Below are positions 33,942-43,476 of a stretch of 64,000 nucleotides of DNA, piece after piece. The notes beneath the pieces are model-generated. The model was not told where the DNA came from and searched no databases. It saw only the letters and a list, made by a program, of their open reading frames with translations. Within the stretch, counting starts at the first letter, position 1. Every line of letters begins with the position of its first letter. The position numbers and the translations under genes are program-made. The stretch is from Spirochaetia bacterium (lineage in GTDB: Bacteria; Spirochaetota; Spirochaetia; SP-2023), in NCBI GenBank assembly GCA_965225855.1, contig CBDDCK010000004.1:256001-320000 (forward strand), written 5' to 3'.

Positions 33942-33979
33942 ATTAAAATTCTCTCACAATGCGAATCCTCAATAAATTT

Positions 33980-34052
33980 AGCCTCCGACCGGATTTGAAC
34001 CGGTGACTCCAACCTTACCATGGTTGTGCTCTACCTACTGAGCTACAGAGGC
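33980..34052 (-). tRNA. tRNA-Thr (GGT)
   Basis: GCCTCTG acceptor strand, CAACC-ATGGTAA-GGTTG anticodon arm, GGTTCAAATCC. Confidence 0.96.
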
Positions 34053-34156
34053 ATTAAGGAAATTTGCGCTTACTCTAAGGAATCAAAAAAATTTTGTCAA
34101 CTAAAATGTCAATATTGTTTGACCTTTTTTACCAATCAATTTCTTACCAATTAGCT

Positions 34157-34190
34157 AAAATTTTGCTTGACATAATCAAAATAACATGCG
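34157..34190 (+). repeat. 34-bp promoter-containing direct repeat, copy 1
   Basis: AAAATTTTGCTTGACATAATCAAAATAACATGCG identical to 35921-35954; contains TTGACA; TATAAT follows at 34192. Confidence 0.9.
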
Positions 34191-34233
34191 ATATAATACT
34201 TTGATTTTATAACTCAAGGGAAATACTGGAATT

Positions 34234-34896
34234 ATGAGACTCTACTTAGACACTGCCGATGAAGCAGAATGGCGGGCACTATTGCCACTGGGCCTATTTT
34301 TTGGTGTTACCACCAACCCGCTACTCACCAGCCGCGCTGGACTTTTGTATCACAATATAGATTGGCAAGGAATGGTTGATCGCGCGGCTGCCTTAGGCGC
34401 ACAAGAATTTCACGCTCAAATTATCGGAGATGAACAGTATGCTGTGGATTTTGCCAAGCAATTGTACCAAGCTGGAGAAGCGAGTGGCATTACCACTGTA
34501 GTTAAGATACCTTTAACACAATTGGGCATAGGCTTGACGCGCCAAATACAAGATTTGGGTTGTAAGGTACTGATGACTACGTGCTATAGTGCTAAGCAAA
34601 TGGTCATAGCCCAGTGCCTAGGAGCGCAATACATTGCCCCGTATTTTGGCCGCATGGTTGAAATGGGCTTAGATGCACAGCAGCAAATGCGCCAAATCGC
34701 AGCCATACGTAAATGTGGCAGTTGCGTGCCGCTAGTTGCTTCGCTACGCAATACCAACCAGATATTACAACTGACCGAATTGGGTTATGACCACTTTACA
34801 ATTTCACCAGTGCTGGCCCACAATTTGATGCACGATGAAATATCTTTGCAGGCGGCACAAGAATTTGAAATTGCGGCAAAGGAAGTGAAAACGTGA
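34234..34896 (+). CDS. Transaldolase/fructose-6-phosphate aldolase family protein
   Basis: LDTA, GVTTNP, VVKIP Schiff-base Lys, YIAPYFGR, VASLR. Confidence 0.88.
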   Translation: MRLYLDTADEAEWRALLPLGLFFGVTTNPLLTSRAGLLYHNIDWQGMVDRAAALGAQEFHAQIIGDEQYAVDFAKQLYQAGEASGITTVVKIPLTQLGIGLTRQIQDLGCKVLMTTCYSAKQMVIAQCLGAQYIAPYFGRMVEMGLDAQQQMRQIAAIRKCGSCVPLVASLRNTNQILQLTELGYDHFTISPVLAHNLMHDEISLQAAQEFEIAAKEVKT

Positions 34897-35846
34897 TTGT
34901 CGTTGGTGGCGAGAACTTAATCGATCTGGTCGCACAAGCTGGAGAGCATACAGCCCTACCGGAATATAGTACTAGCTATACTGCGATTCCAGGTGGCTCG
35001 CCTTACAATTGCGCGTTGGCAATTGCGCGGCAAGGTGGGCAGGTAACCTATGCCACCCCTATTTCCAACGACAACTTCGGTGAATTGCTGGCCGCCAAGC
35101 TAAAACGCAGCAATGTGGTTTTGGGGGTTGAGTGCTGCGCTCTGCCGACATCGCTGGCTATCGTTTTCGTTTCCCAAGGTATTGCCAATTATCAATTTTA
35201 CCGCCAAGGCACTGCCGATAGAGCGGTAACCAGAGAACTAATTGCTAAAGCTTGCCCGCCGGATATGACTATTTTTCATATCGGTTCAATTGCATTGATC
35301 GACGGAGAGGATTCTCAAGTTTGGCAAGAGCATTTTACAAGTTGTTATAAACAAAATATTATTACATCATTTGACCCAAACGTACGGCCAGTGTTAGTTA
35401 CCGAGCCAACGGCATATCGAAAGCGCATACTTTATATACTAGAGAAAACCGATATTCTCAAGCTTAGCGATGAAGATTTGGGCTTTATCATACCGCATTT
35501 GAGCAGTGATGCCAGCTTTGACGAGCTTTTTCAGCGAACTACGGCCAAAGTGATTATCTTGACCAAAGGCAAGGAAGGTGCGCTGGTCCAAACGGGGAAC
35601 AACCGCTTTCATGTTCCAGCATTTTCGGCTAGCCCTTTGGTCGATACCGTTGGTGCTGGTGATACATTTATGGGCACAATTTTATGTGAGCTTCAACGCC
35701 AAGGTTTTGACAGTCGGGATAAACTGACTGCTCTAAAGTCCGTTAATCTTCGCAAAATTGTTGAGCGCGCCAACCGAGCGGCCGCCATCAACTGCCAGCA
35801 AAAAGGTTGTGAACCACCGTACCTAGAGCAGCTTGCTGACAATTAG
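34893..35846 (+). CDS. PfkB-family carbohydrate kinase (fructokinase-like)
   Basis: GENLIDL, PGGSPYN, FDPNVRP, DTVGAGDTF. Confidence 0.92.
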   Translation: MIVVGGENLIDLVAQAGEHTALPEYSTSYTAIPGGSPYNCALAIARQGGQVTYATPISNDNFGELLAAKLKRSNVVLGVECCALPTSLAIVFVSQGIANYQFYRQGTADRAVTRELIAKACPPDMTIFHIGSIALIDGEDSQVWQEHFTSCYKQNIITSFDPNVRPVLVTEPTAYRKRILYILEKTDILKLSDEDLGFIIPHLSSDASFDELFQRTTAKVIILTKGKEGALVQTGNNRFHVPAFSASPLVDTVGAGDTFMGTILCELQRQGFDSRDKLTALKSVNLRKIVERANRAAAINCQQKGCEPPYLEQLADN

Positions 35847-35920
35847 CAAATAACTATATCTTGATGAAGGCAAAGCTCTATGGTAATTATCAACCCTATC
35901 AAGTTAGCTCAAATTTTAGC

Positions 35921-35954
35921 AAAATTTTGCTTGACATAATCAAAATAACATGCG
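35921..35954 (+). repeat. 34-bp promoter-containing direct repeat, copy 2
   Basis: Identical to 34157-34190; ends 12 bp before the aldo-keto reductase ATG. Confidence 0.9.
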
Positions 35955-35966
35955 TAAATACTACAT

Positions 35967-36985
35967 ATGGACTACTTAAACTCCCCTATACTTTTAGAAC
36001 AAATCCCGCACAAAACCCTCCTAGATGGCAACACTATCCCGGCTATAGGCTTGGGGACTTTTGGCTCAGACTGCGTTTCTGCTCACGATGTACAGCAAGC
36101 TGTAGAATTTGCCATTCGCATTGGATACCGCCATATCGACTGTGCTAGTGTTTACGCTAATGAAAGAGAAATTGGAACTGCGCTTGCGAGATTGCAACAA
36201 GAAAAAGTTGTAAAGCGTGAAGACCTTTGGATTACCAGTAAAGTCTGGAATGATATGCATAACAAAGTAGAGCGTTCTTGTTACCAAAGTTTAAAAGATT
36301 TACAGCTTGATTATTTGGATTTATATTTAGTTCATTGGCCATTTCCCAATCACCATGCAAAAGGTGTTGCGCAAAATTCGCGTAATCCAAATGCAAAGCC
36401 TTATAATCACGAAGCTTACGTAAAAACCTGGGAGCAAATGGAGCAACTGCAAAAAAAGGTTTCGTACGCTATATTGGCTGCTCCAATATGAGCATTGCCA
36501 AATTAAAATTGCTGTTGCATGGTGAAAATCGCATAAGGCTTGTTTTTAATCAAATCGAACTCCACCCTCATTTTCAACAACCAAAATTGTTTGACTATAT
36601 GCAACGCCAGGGGATTATACCCATTGCTTATAGTCCGCTCGGTGCTCCGGGGAGGCCGGAGCGGGACCGTATGACCGAAGATACCATAGATATGGAAGAC
36701 CCCGTGTTAATAGAAATTGGACAGAGAAATAATTTACATCCTGCCCAAGTTTGCCTTAAATGGGCTTTGCAACGGGGGCAGATACCCATTCCTTTTTCAG
36801 CTAAGCAGAGCAATATTTATGCCAATCTGAAAGCAGTTACTTTACCACCACTTAGTAATGAAGATATGGCGGCCTTGGCAAAAATTGATAAAAATTGTCG
36901 CTTGATTAAAGGCCAAGTGTTTTTATGGCGTGAAAACCAAGATTGGAATGATTTGTGGGATATTGATGGTATTATTAAACAGTAG
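35967..36985 (+). pseudogene. Aldo/keto reductase split by a frameshift at an A7 run (36451-36457)
   Basis: N-half: IGLGTF, GYRHIDCA, ITSKVW, DLYLVHWP; the -1 frame continues KGFVRYIGCSNMS then NQIELHP, AYSPLG. Confidence 0.88.
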
Positions 36986-37017
36986 CAATATTGGATCTCA
37001 AAAATAGGTATTAGATT

Positions 37018-38079
37018 ATGAAACAAAAAATGTTAGCAGCCTATTTACCCGGAAACAGCACTGTTCTACTCAAAAATGAAGATATTCCAGAGCCAGGATA
37101 CGGGCAAGTTCTACTCAAAATGAAAGCTTCTACCATTTGTGGTAGCGATATTCGCGCAATCTATCGTGAGCATTTAGGTAAAGGTCCAGAACGTTACCAA
37201 AACGTAATTTGTGGCCACGAACCTGCTGGACAAATAATTTCCTGTGGCACAGGATTAAAACGTTTTCAAAAAGGAGATAGAGTTCTGGTTTACCATATAT
37301 CGGGTTGCGGTCTTTGTTATGATTGTCGGCGTGGCTACCAAATTAGTTGTTCATCTAAACATCGTGCTGCTTATGGTTGGCAGCGCGACGGTGGTATGGC
37401 TGAATATATTGTAACAGAAGAAAAAGATTTAATTGCCCTTCCTGATAGGCTTTCTTATGCAGATGGCGCACAAATTGCTTGTGGTTTTGGTACTGCTTAC
37501 GAAGGTCTCGAAAAAATTGGAATTTCTGGAAACGATGCAGTCTTGGTTGTGGGATTGGGTCCAGTTGGTTTAGCAACTCTAATGCTAGCCAAAGCGATGG
37601 GAGCCAACCAGCTTATTGGCGTGGATATAGTAGCTGAACGTTTGGCCCTTGCAAAAGAAAAAAACATTGTTGATGTAGTTTTAGAAACTGGGCCGGATAC
37701 TTTAGTGCAATTGCACAAATTGACCAATGGTTATGGTGTGGAACGAGCTATTGATTGTTCTGGCAACGACAAAGGCCGTGAGCTTGCAATTCAAGCTACG
37801 CGTAAATGGGGGAAAATAGCCTTTATCGGAGAAGGTGGTTCTGTATCTTTCCGGCCATCGCCAGATATAATTCACGACCAAAAAACAATTTATGGTTCTT
37901 GGGTTACTTCTTTGTGGAAAATGGAAGACTTAGTGGAAAAAGTTGAGCGTTGGGCAATTCAGCCTGCAAATTTAATTACTCATAAATTCCCTCTAAGCAA
38001 AGCCAGTGAAGCATATGCTTTAATGGCAGAAGGAAAATGTGGCAAAGTTGCAATTCTTGCAGAAGAAGAGCTCCTATAA
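37018..38079 (+). CDS. Zinc-binding polyol/sugar dehydrogenase (MDR family, YphC-like)
   Basis: ICGSD, GHE, CGLCYDC...C structural Zn site, GLGPVG. Confidence 0.9.
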   Translation: MKQKMLAAYLPGNSTVLLKNEDIPEPGYGQVLLKMKASTICGSDIRAIYREHLGKGPERYQNVICGHEPAGQIISCGTGLKRFQKGDRVLVYHISGCGLCYDCRRGYQISCSSKHRAAYGWQRDGGMAEYIVTEEKDLIALPDRLSYADGAQIACGFGTAYEGLEKIGISGNDAVLVVGLGPVGLATLMLAKAMGANQLIGVDIVAERLALAKEKNIVDVVLETGPDTLVQLHKLTNGYGVERAIDCSGNDKGRELAIQATRKWGKIAFIGEGGSVSFRPSPDIIHDQKTIYGSWVTSLWKMEDLVEKVERWAIQPANLITHKFPLSKASEAYALMAEGKCGKVAILAEEELL

Positions 38080-38112
38080 ATACATATTTTAGGAAAGATA
38101 AGATAAAAAATT

Positions 38113-39612
38113 ATGCAAGAAATTCTTCGTTTTGAACATATTGACAAACGGTTTATGGGCGTTCACGCTTTAAAAGATATTAGTTTTAATCTATACAATG
38201 GCGAGATTCACGCCCTAATGGGTGAAAATGGTGCTGGTAAATCTACCTTGATGAAAATATTGACAGGTATCTACAGTAAAGATTCTGGCAAGATATATTT
38301 TCAAGGTGAACTACTCAGCCCTAAAAGCCCTAAAGAAGCTTTAGATCGTGGTATCAGTATTATTCACCAAGAATTAAATATGATGGAGCAACTTAGTGTT
38401 ACCCAAAATATTTTTATTGGGCGCGAGTCTTTGCAAAACAATAAATTATTACTTGACGAACAAGCCCAAAATAAACGTGCAGAACAATTATTTCAACAAT
38501 TAAATATGGATATAAACCCCACGGAATTGATGAGCAACTTGAGTGTGGGTAAACAACAAATGGTGGAAATAGCCAAAGCTGTTTCGTTTGATCTCAAAGT
38601 GTTGGTGTTAGATGAACCTAGTGCAGCACTAACAGAAACGGAGATTAATGAACTTTTTGCCATTATGAAAGATTTGGCAAACAAAGGTGTATCCATGATT
38701 TATATTTCTCACCGCATGAATGAAATTCATCGAATTACCGATAGAGTTACAGTTATGCGCGATGGGCAATACGTAGCTACTCACAAAACAGCCGAAGTCT
38801 CAACTCAAGATATTATCAATATGATGGTAGGGCGAGTTATTTATGAACAACCTAAATCCAAGAGTATGGTAGCTCCAGATGCAAATATTGTAATGGAAGT
38901 ATCGAATCTCAATTCTGGTAAAATGGTGAACAATATCAGTTTCCAATTGTATAAGGGTGAAATTCTGGGTTTTTATGGCTTAATCGGTGCAGGACGTACG
39001 GAAACAGCGCGAGCTATTTTTGGTGCTGACGATATTCAAAGCGGGAAAATCAATATTAATGGTCAATTAGCCGATATTAAAAATCCAATTGATGCTGTTC
39101 GCTATGGCATTGGCTATCTTTCTGAAGACCGCAAGCGCTTTGGCTTGGCTACATCTTTGAATGTTATGGAAAATGCTCTAATGGCTTCTTATGAAGACTA
39201 TCAAATAGCTGGCTTTATCGACAGACAAAAGGCTAAAAAAATTACTAGCGAACATATCAATAAGTTGAAAATTAAAACACCTTCTGTTTACCAAATAGTT
39301 TCAAAACTTTCAGGGGGCAATCAACAAAAAATTGTTATCGCCAAATGGCTTATCAATGATGCCCAAATATTGATTTTTGATGAACCAACGCGGGGTATTG
39401 ATGTAGGGGCTAAAAGTGAAATTTACCATTTAATGAATGAATTAGTACAAAAAGGAAAATCTATTATTATGATTTCTTCAGAATTACCAGAAATATTGCG
39501 CATGAGTGATAGAATCATCGTGATGTGTGAGGGTTCTATCAGCGGAGAATTGGATATAGAAAATTTAAGCCAAGAAATGGTAATGCAGTATGCAACCAAA
39601 AGAGATTCTTAA
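38113..39612 (+). CDS. Monosaccharide ABC transporter ATPase (RbsA/MglA-like)
   Basis: GENGAGKST, LSGGNQQK, DEPTRGIDVGAK. Confidence 0.95.
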   Translation: MQEILRFEHIDKRFMGVHALKDISFNLYNGEIHALMGENGAGKSTLMKILTGIYSKDSGKIYFQGELLSPKSPKEALDRGISIIHQELNMMEQLSVTQNIFIGRESLQNNKLLLDEQAQNKRAEQLFQQLNMDINPTELMSNLSVGKQQMVEIAKAVSFDLKVLVLDEPSAALTETEINELFAIMKDLANKGVSMIYISHRMNEIHRITDRVTVMRDGQYVATHKTAEVSTQDIINMMVGRVIYEQPKSKSMVAPDANIVMEVSNLNSGKMVNNISFQLYKGEILGFYGLIGAGRTETARAIFGADDIQSGKININGQLADIKNPIDAVRYGIGYLSEDRKRFGLATSLNVMENALMASYEDYQIAGFIDRQKAKKITSEHINKLKIKTPSVYQIVSKLSGGNQQKIVIAKWLINDAQILIFDEPTRGIDVGAKSEIYHLMNELVQKGKSIIMISSELPEILRMSDRIIVMCEGSISGELDIENLSQEMVMQYATKRDS

Positions 39613-40654
39613 AAACGAAATACTGAAAGAAAAAAGGATAAACACGATAAATACTATGTCTGAAAAAAATTTTGCTAATGTGTTGCAACAATTCTTGGCC
39701 CTAGCATCTTTGATAATTCTATATATCTTTTTTGCTCTTTTTGGTCGAAACTTTTTTTCTTTTTCCTCTCTAATTAACATTTTAGATGCTTCATATTATA
39801 TTGGTTTTCTAGCTATTGGGGTTACTTTTGTGATTATTACGGGTGGTATTGATTTGTCTTGTGGTACTGTCATGATGGCTGCAGCAATTGTCGGTGGCAC
39901 CGCATATAAGTCCTGGAACTGGCCAATGTGGCTTTCACTGTTGTTAATTTTATTCGTAGCTATTTTATTTGGTGTTCTCAACGGTTTGATGATCACTCGT
40001 TTAAAAATTCCACCTTTTATTGCAACGCTGGGTACTATGATGATCTCTATGGGAGTAGGCTCTATTGTTTCCAACGTACGTAGTGCTACGTTTCCGACCC
40101 GTTCTGAACCAGATGGCTGGTTTAAAGATGTCTTCAAATACTTAGAAGAAAATAATACTTTTCCTACGGGCTTTATGGTATTATTTGGGGCTGCGTGTAT
40201 TTGCCATATTATTTTGACGAAAACGAAAATGGGACGCTATATTTTTGCTATTGGTTCTAATAAACAAGCAGCCCACCTTTCGGGAGTAGATGTTGTCCGT
40301 TGGGAATGTATGAGTTATGTAATTAGTGGCTTGATGGCTGGCATTGGAGCAATCGCTTTTGCTGCAGTCTATACAACGATACTGCCTGCTCAAGGCCAAG
40401 GGTTTGAACTTTACGCTATCGCAGGCGCAGTAATTGGAGGTACCTCATTAGCTGGTGGTATCGGTTCGGTATTTGGTACATTGATAGGTGTCTATATTAT
40501 GAGTACACTCCGTGTGGGTTTACCTTCAATGGATTTACAATCCCATTATCAGACTTTCTTTACTGGTTTAGTAGTGATTGGAGCTGTGTTACTGGACTTG
40601 TATCGCAATAAAAAAGCAAATCAAGTGCGTATTCCCAAAGTATCTGCAAAATAG
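39590..40654 (+). CDS. Monosaccharide ABC permease (RbsC-like)
   Basis: GGIDLS, PPFIATLG, GRYIFAIGSN, AVIGGTSL; true start may be ATG 39656. Confidence 0.92.
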   Translation: MQPKEILKNEILKEKRINTINTMSEKNFANVLQQFLALASLIILYIFFALFGRNFFSFSSLINILDASYYIGFLAIGVTFVIITGGIDLSCGTVMMAAAIVGGTAYKSWNWPMWLSLLLILFVAILFGVLNGLMITRLKIPPFIATLGTMMISMGVGSIVSNVRSATFPTRSEPDGWFKDVFKYLEENNTFPTGFMVLFGAACICHIILTKTKMGRYIFAIGSNKQAAHLSGVDVVRWECMSYVISGLMAGIGAIAFAAVYTTILPAQGQGFELYAIAGAVIGGTSLAGGIGSVFGTLIGVYIMSTLRVGLPSMDLQSHYQTFFTGLVVIGAVLLDLYRNKKANQVRIPKVSAK

Positions 40655-40770
40655 GAAAATTCAAAAATAATGTAGGAGGCTAATATGTGTTGATATATAC
40701 ATTTCAAACAACAAAAATCATAAGCAGAGGCTTTGCTCAATCTTAACAAAAATCAAAAAGGATAGAACAT

Positions 40771-41859
40771 ATGAAAAAAATTCTTTTAACTTCTGCCATA
40801 TTGCTTGGCCTGGTATCTTTGTTGATGCCTTCATCATTATTTGCCCGTGGCTCTTCGGGAGGAAAGCCTTACATTGCCGTAGTCTCCAAAGGGGAACAGC
40901 ATGATTTTTGGCAACAAGTAAAACGAGGTGCAAACGATGCAGCTGAAAAATATGGTATAGATATGACTTTTGAAGGGCCACCTTCAGAAAGTGATGTGCA
41001 AATTCAAGTCGAAATGCTGAATAATGCGATAGCTAAAGCTCCTGTTGCGGTTGCTTTGGCAGCATTAGATACCAAGTCTGTTATCGACCAACTAAAACAG
41101 CTAAAGGCTAAAAAAATCCCTGTTATCGGTTTTGACTCTGGTGTTCCCGAAGCTCCGGCAGGTTCGATTGTAGCCAATGCTTCAACAGACAACCGTGCGG
41201 CTGCCGGTGTAGCTGCAAAGGAAATGTTTGGTAAAATCAAATTGGCAATTATGGCTGCGACAGTAGATAATCCAGTCAAAATTGTTGTTATGAACCAAGA
41301 TGCTACCAGTGAATCAATTTTAAGTCGCGGTAAAGGTTTTCGCGATACCATGCTGAAATTGCTTATGGATAATGGTATTGCCAAAAGCGATATAGCAGTA
41401 ATGGGCAATCCAGCTTTTATTGCCAGTGATAACCCTACTACTGGGGGCAAAGTTTTTATCGAAATGATCGTCCCCGCTTCTTCCAATAATACCGATGTAA
41501 CTGCCTCGGCTTCGGCTATTTTGAATAAAATGGCTTCGGATAAAATTTTGGGAATATTTTGTTCTAACGAAGCTACTGTAAAAGGCATTTTAGCTGCAAC
41601 CAATGACGGGGCTGACTTAGCCAACAATGACTTAGTTGTGATCGGTTTTGATGCTGGAGCAGGGCAAAAAAATGCAGTTCGCAAAGGCTATTTTGCTGGT
41701 TCTATAACTCAAGACCCTTATTCTATTGGTTACAAAGCAGTAGAATTAGCTTACAAATCGTATAAAGGTGAATCTGTTGCCGATATTGATACGGGTGCAA
41801 AATTCTACACCGCAGAAAATATGAATAATTCTGACATCGCTCCGCTGCTTTACGATTAA
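40771..41859 (+). CDS. Monosaccharide ABC substrate-binding protein
   Basis: Signal peptide, FWQQVKRG, IGFDSGV, QDPYSIGY. Confidence 0.9.
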   Translation: MKKILLTSAILLGLVSLLMPSSLFARGSSGGKPYIAVVSKGEQHDFWQQVKRGANDAAEKYGIDMTFEGPPSESDVQIQVEMLNNAIAKAPVAVALAALDTKSVIDQLKQLKAKKIPVIGFDSGVPEAPAGSIVANASTDNRAAAGVAAKEMFGKIKLAIMAATVDNPVKIVVMNQDATSESILSRGKGFRDTMLKLLMDNGIAKSDIAVMGNPAFIASDNPTTGGKVFIEMIVPASSNNTDVTASASAILNKMASDKILGIFCSNEATVKGILAATNDGADLANNDLVVIGFDAGAGQKNAVRKGYFAGSITQDPYSIGYKAVELAYKSYKGESVADIDTGAKFYTAENMNNSDIAPLLYD

Positions 41860-41868
41860 AAAACGTCA

Positions 41869-41918
41869 AATACTGGATTTGGATATTTTATTTATTACTA
41901 ATATCTTAATCCAGTATT
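41869..41918 (+). terminator. Long hairpin after the sugar ABC operon
   Basis: AATACTGGATT-TGGATATT...AATATCTT-AATCCAGTATT inverted repeat. Confidence 0.55.
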
Positions 41919-41966
41919 CTGGTATTTACAAAATTTTATATATATTCCCTGGACTCTGGAGGGTTT

Positions 41967-42140
41967 ATGAAAAGGTCTAAAAGCTTTATTTTTATATTTG
42001 TAGTGATCTCTACATTAAGTATTCTGTTTTCTTGTTCCCGCAAAATCCCAAATGGATCGGGGGGTTAAATAAGAAAGAAATTAACCTTTTCTGTCAATAT
42101 ATCTCCAATACTTACTTTAGATTTTTGGGTTAGAAGATTT
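41967..42140 (+). pseudogene. Remnant of a substrate-binding lipoprotein gene
   Basis: GGAGGG RBS, MKRSKSFIFIFVVISTLSILFS-C lipoprotein signal, TAA at 42066, same frame continues IRKKLTFSVNISPILTLDFW. Confidence 0.55.
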
Positions 42141-42221
42141 GCCACCACAAGAGCAAATGCTTATCCATTAAATGTTTATTTATTATTGAGAATTTTTTTG
42201 ATTATTGAAGAGGATTGTTTG

Positions 42222-42872
42222 ATGTTACTTGAATTGCAGCGTATCCAAATAATTGAATATTGTCGTAAACTAATTGCTTCAGGATTGACCAATGGTACAG
42301 CCGGGAATGCTTCGATATACGATAAAGAGACTAATTTAGTAGCTATTTCGCCAACTGGTATTAATTATGATACTTTAGAACCGCAAGATGTATCGATCAT
42401 TACTCTCGAAGGCAATCTGATTGAAGGTCTAGTATCGTCAAGCGAAGTGAGCATGCATTTAAAGCCCTATCAGTATCGCGATGATATTTTTGCTGTTTTG
42501 CATGGGCATACTACTTACGCCACAGTTTTGGCTGTAATGCGTTGTGAATTACCCGCTATTGACTATATGATCGCGGTTGCCGGTGGAAATAATGTACGTT
42601 GTTCAAAATATGCAACCTATGGTACAAAAGAGCTAGCGCAAAATGTTCACGAAGCAATGAAAGAACGAAGGGCTGTTCTTCTGGCAAATCACGGTCTATT
42701 GACAGGAGCACAAGATATGAAAAATGCTTATAATATCATGGAACAAGTAGAGTATATCAGTAAGCTATATGTTTTAGCTAAAAGTAGTGGTATTGCGGAG
42801 CCTGTGATTCTCGATGACTTAGAAATGCAGTTAATGCTCAAAAAATTTCAGACCTATGGCCAGGTAAAATAA
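42222..42872 (+). CDS. fucA: L-fuculose-1-phosphate aldolase (class II)
   Basis: GTAGNAS, ISPTG, SSEVSMH, HGHT, LLANHG; next to fucI. Confidence 0.85.
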   Translation: MLLELQRIQIIEYCRKLIASGLTNGTAGNASIYDKETNLVAISPTGINYDTLEPQDVSIITLEGNLIEGLVSSSEVSMHLKPYQYRDDIFAVLHGHTTYATVLAVMRCELPAIDYMIAVAGGNNVRCSKYATYGTKELAQNVHEAMKERRAVLLANHGLLTGAQDMKNAYNIMEQVEYISKLYVLAKSSGIAEPVILDDLEMQLMLKKFQTYGQVK

Positions 42873-42873
42873 G

Positions 42874-42975
42874 ATTGGCGGTAACCAAGATTGATACTTT
42901 GTCCAGAAATTACAACACTTCAGTTCCTACGAAATAAAGCTAGGCTCTACCGAAAGCTTCAGTATTAGGTAATAC
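42874..42975 (+). pseudogene. Degenerate C-terminal remnant of an FGGY sugar kinase (FucK/RhaB-like)
   Basis: Frameshifted pieces IGGNQD*, LC, EIKLGSTE/ASVLGN resemble the RhaB/FucK-like GGGSQNxLLCQ...GPVEASxLGN segment. Confidence 0.5.
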
Positions 42976-43016
42976 AAAGCTTGCAGTAATTTTATTAGTA
43001 AACTATAGGAGTTACG

Positions 43017-43442
43017 ATGTTAAAAACAATACCCGAGATATTGCCACCCAAATTATTGAAAATTTTAATGGAGATGGCAACTTTCCGGCTGCTTCAATTG
43101 CTAAAATCTTCTGATATCAATTTAGTGTACTGTAATGGGCATAATATCCCAGAAATACTAGAAGCTTTTATGCAATTGTTTCCACTTGAAAAAACTTTTA
43201 CGAAAAAAGATTCTGTTGCTTTCTTAATGGGTATAGAACCCCATCACAAAGATGAAATACCCATACCTGAACGATGGCAAGAATATAAAACAATTTTGCA
43301 ACAGTATGAACCAAGTTTTTCTGAATTTGCGATACTTGATCGTTTTGCATTCTACGATCGTGCTAGACTTTGTTATGCGATAGTTGCTACTAACGATAAA
43401 GCCATTTACACCAATATTATTATTAAAAAAGGTGTCTTATAA
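43017..43442 (+). pseudogene. fucU: L-fucose mutarotase (FucU/RbsD family), internally deleted
   Basis: MLKTIP..LLKILMEM start and RFAFYDRA..YAIVAT..YTNIIIKKGV end; GHGDEI segment absent; DGNFPAASIAK present only in the -1 frame at 43073. Confidence 0.75.
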
Positions 43443-43476
43443 ATACCTTAACTTTTATATATAGGGAAATAAAATT

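Noticed and set aside
35861..36148. 95-aa ORF bridging pfkB and the reductase
   Set aside because: Runs through the promoter repeat and out of frame over the reductase; no RBS or motif
41004..41684. 226-aa minus-strand ORF and similar long antisense ORFs (25798-26319, 48043-48567, 59174-59620)
   Set aside because: Antisense shadows of well-supported genes, with no motifs
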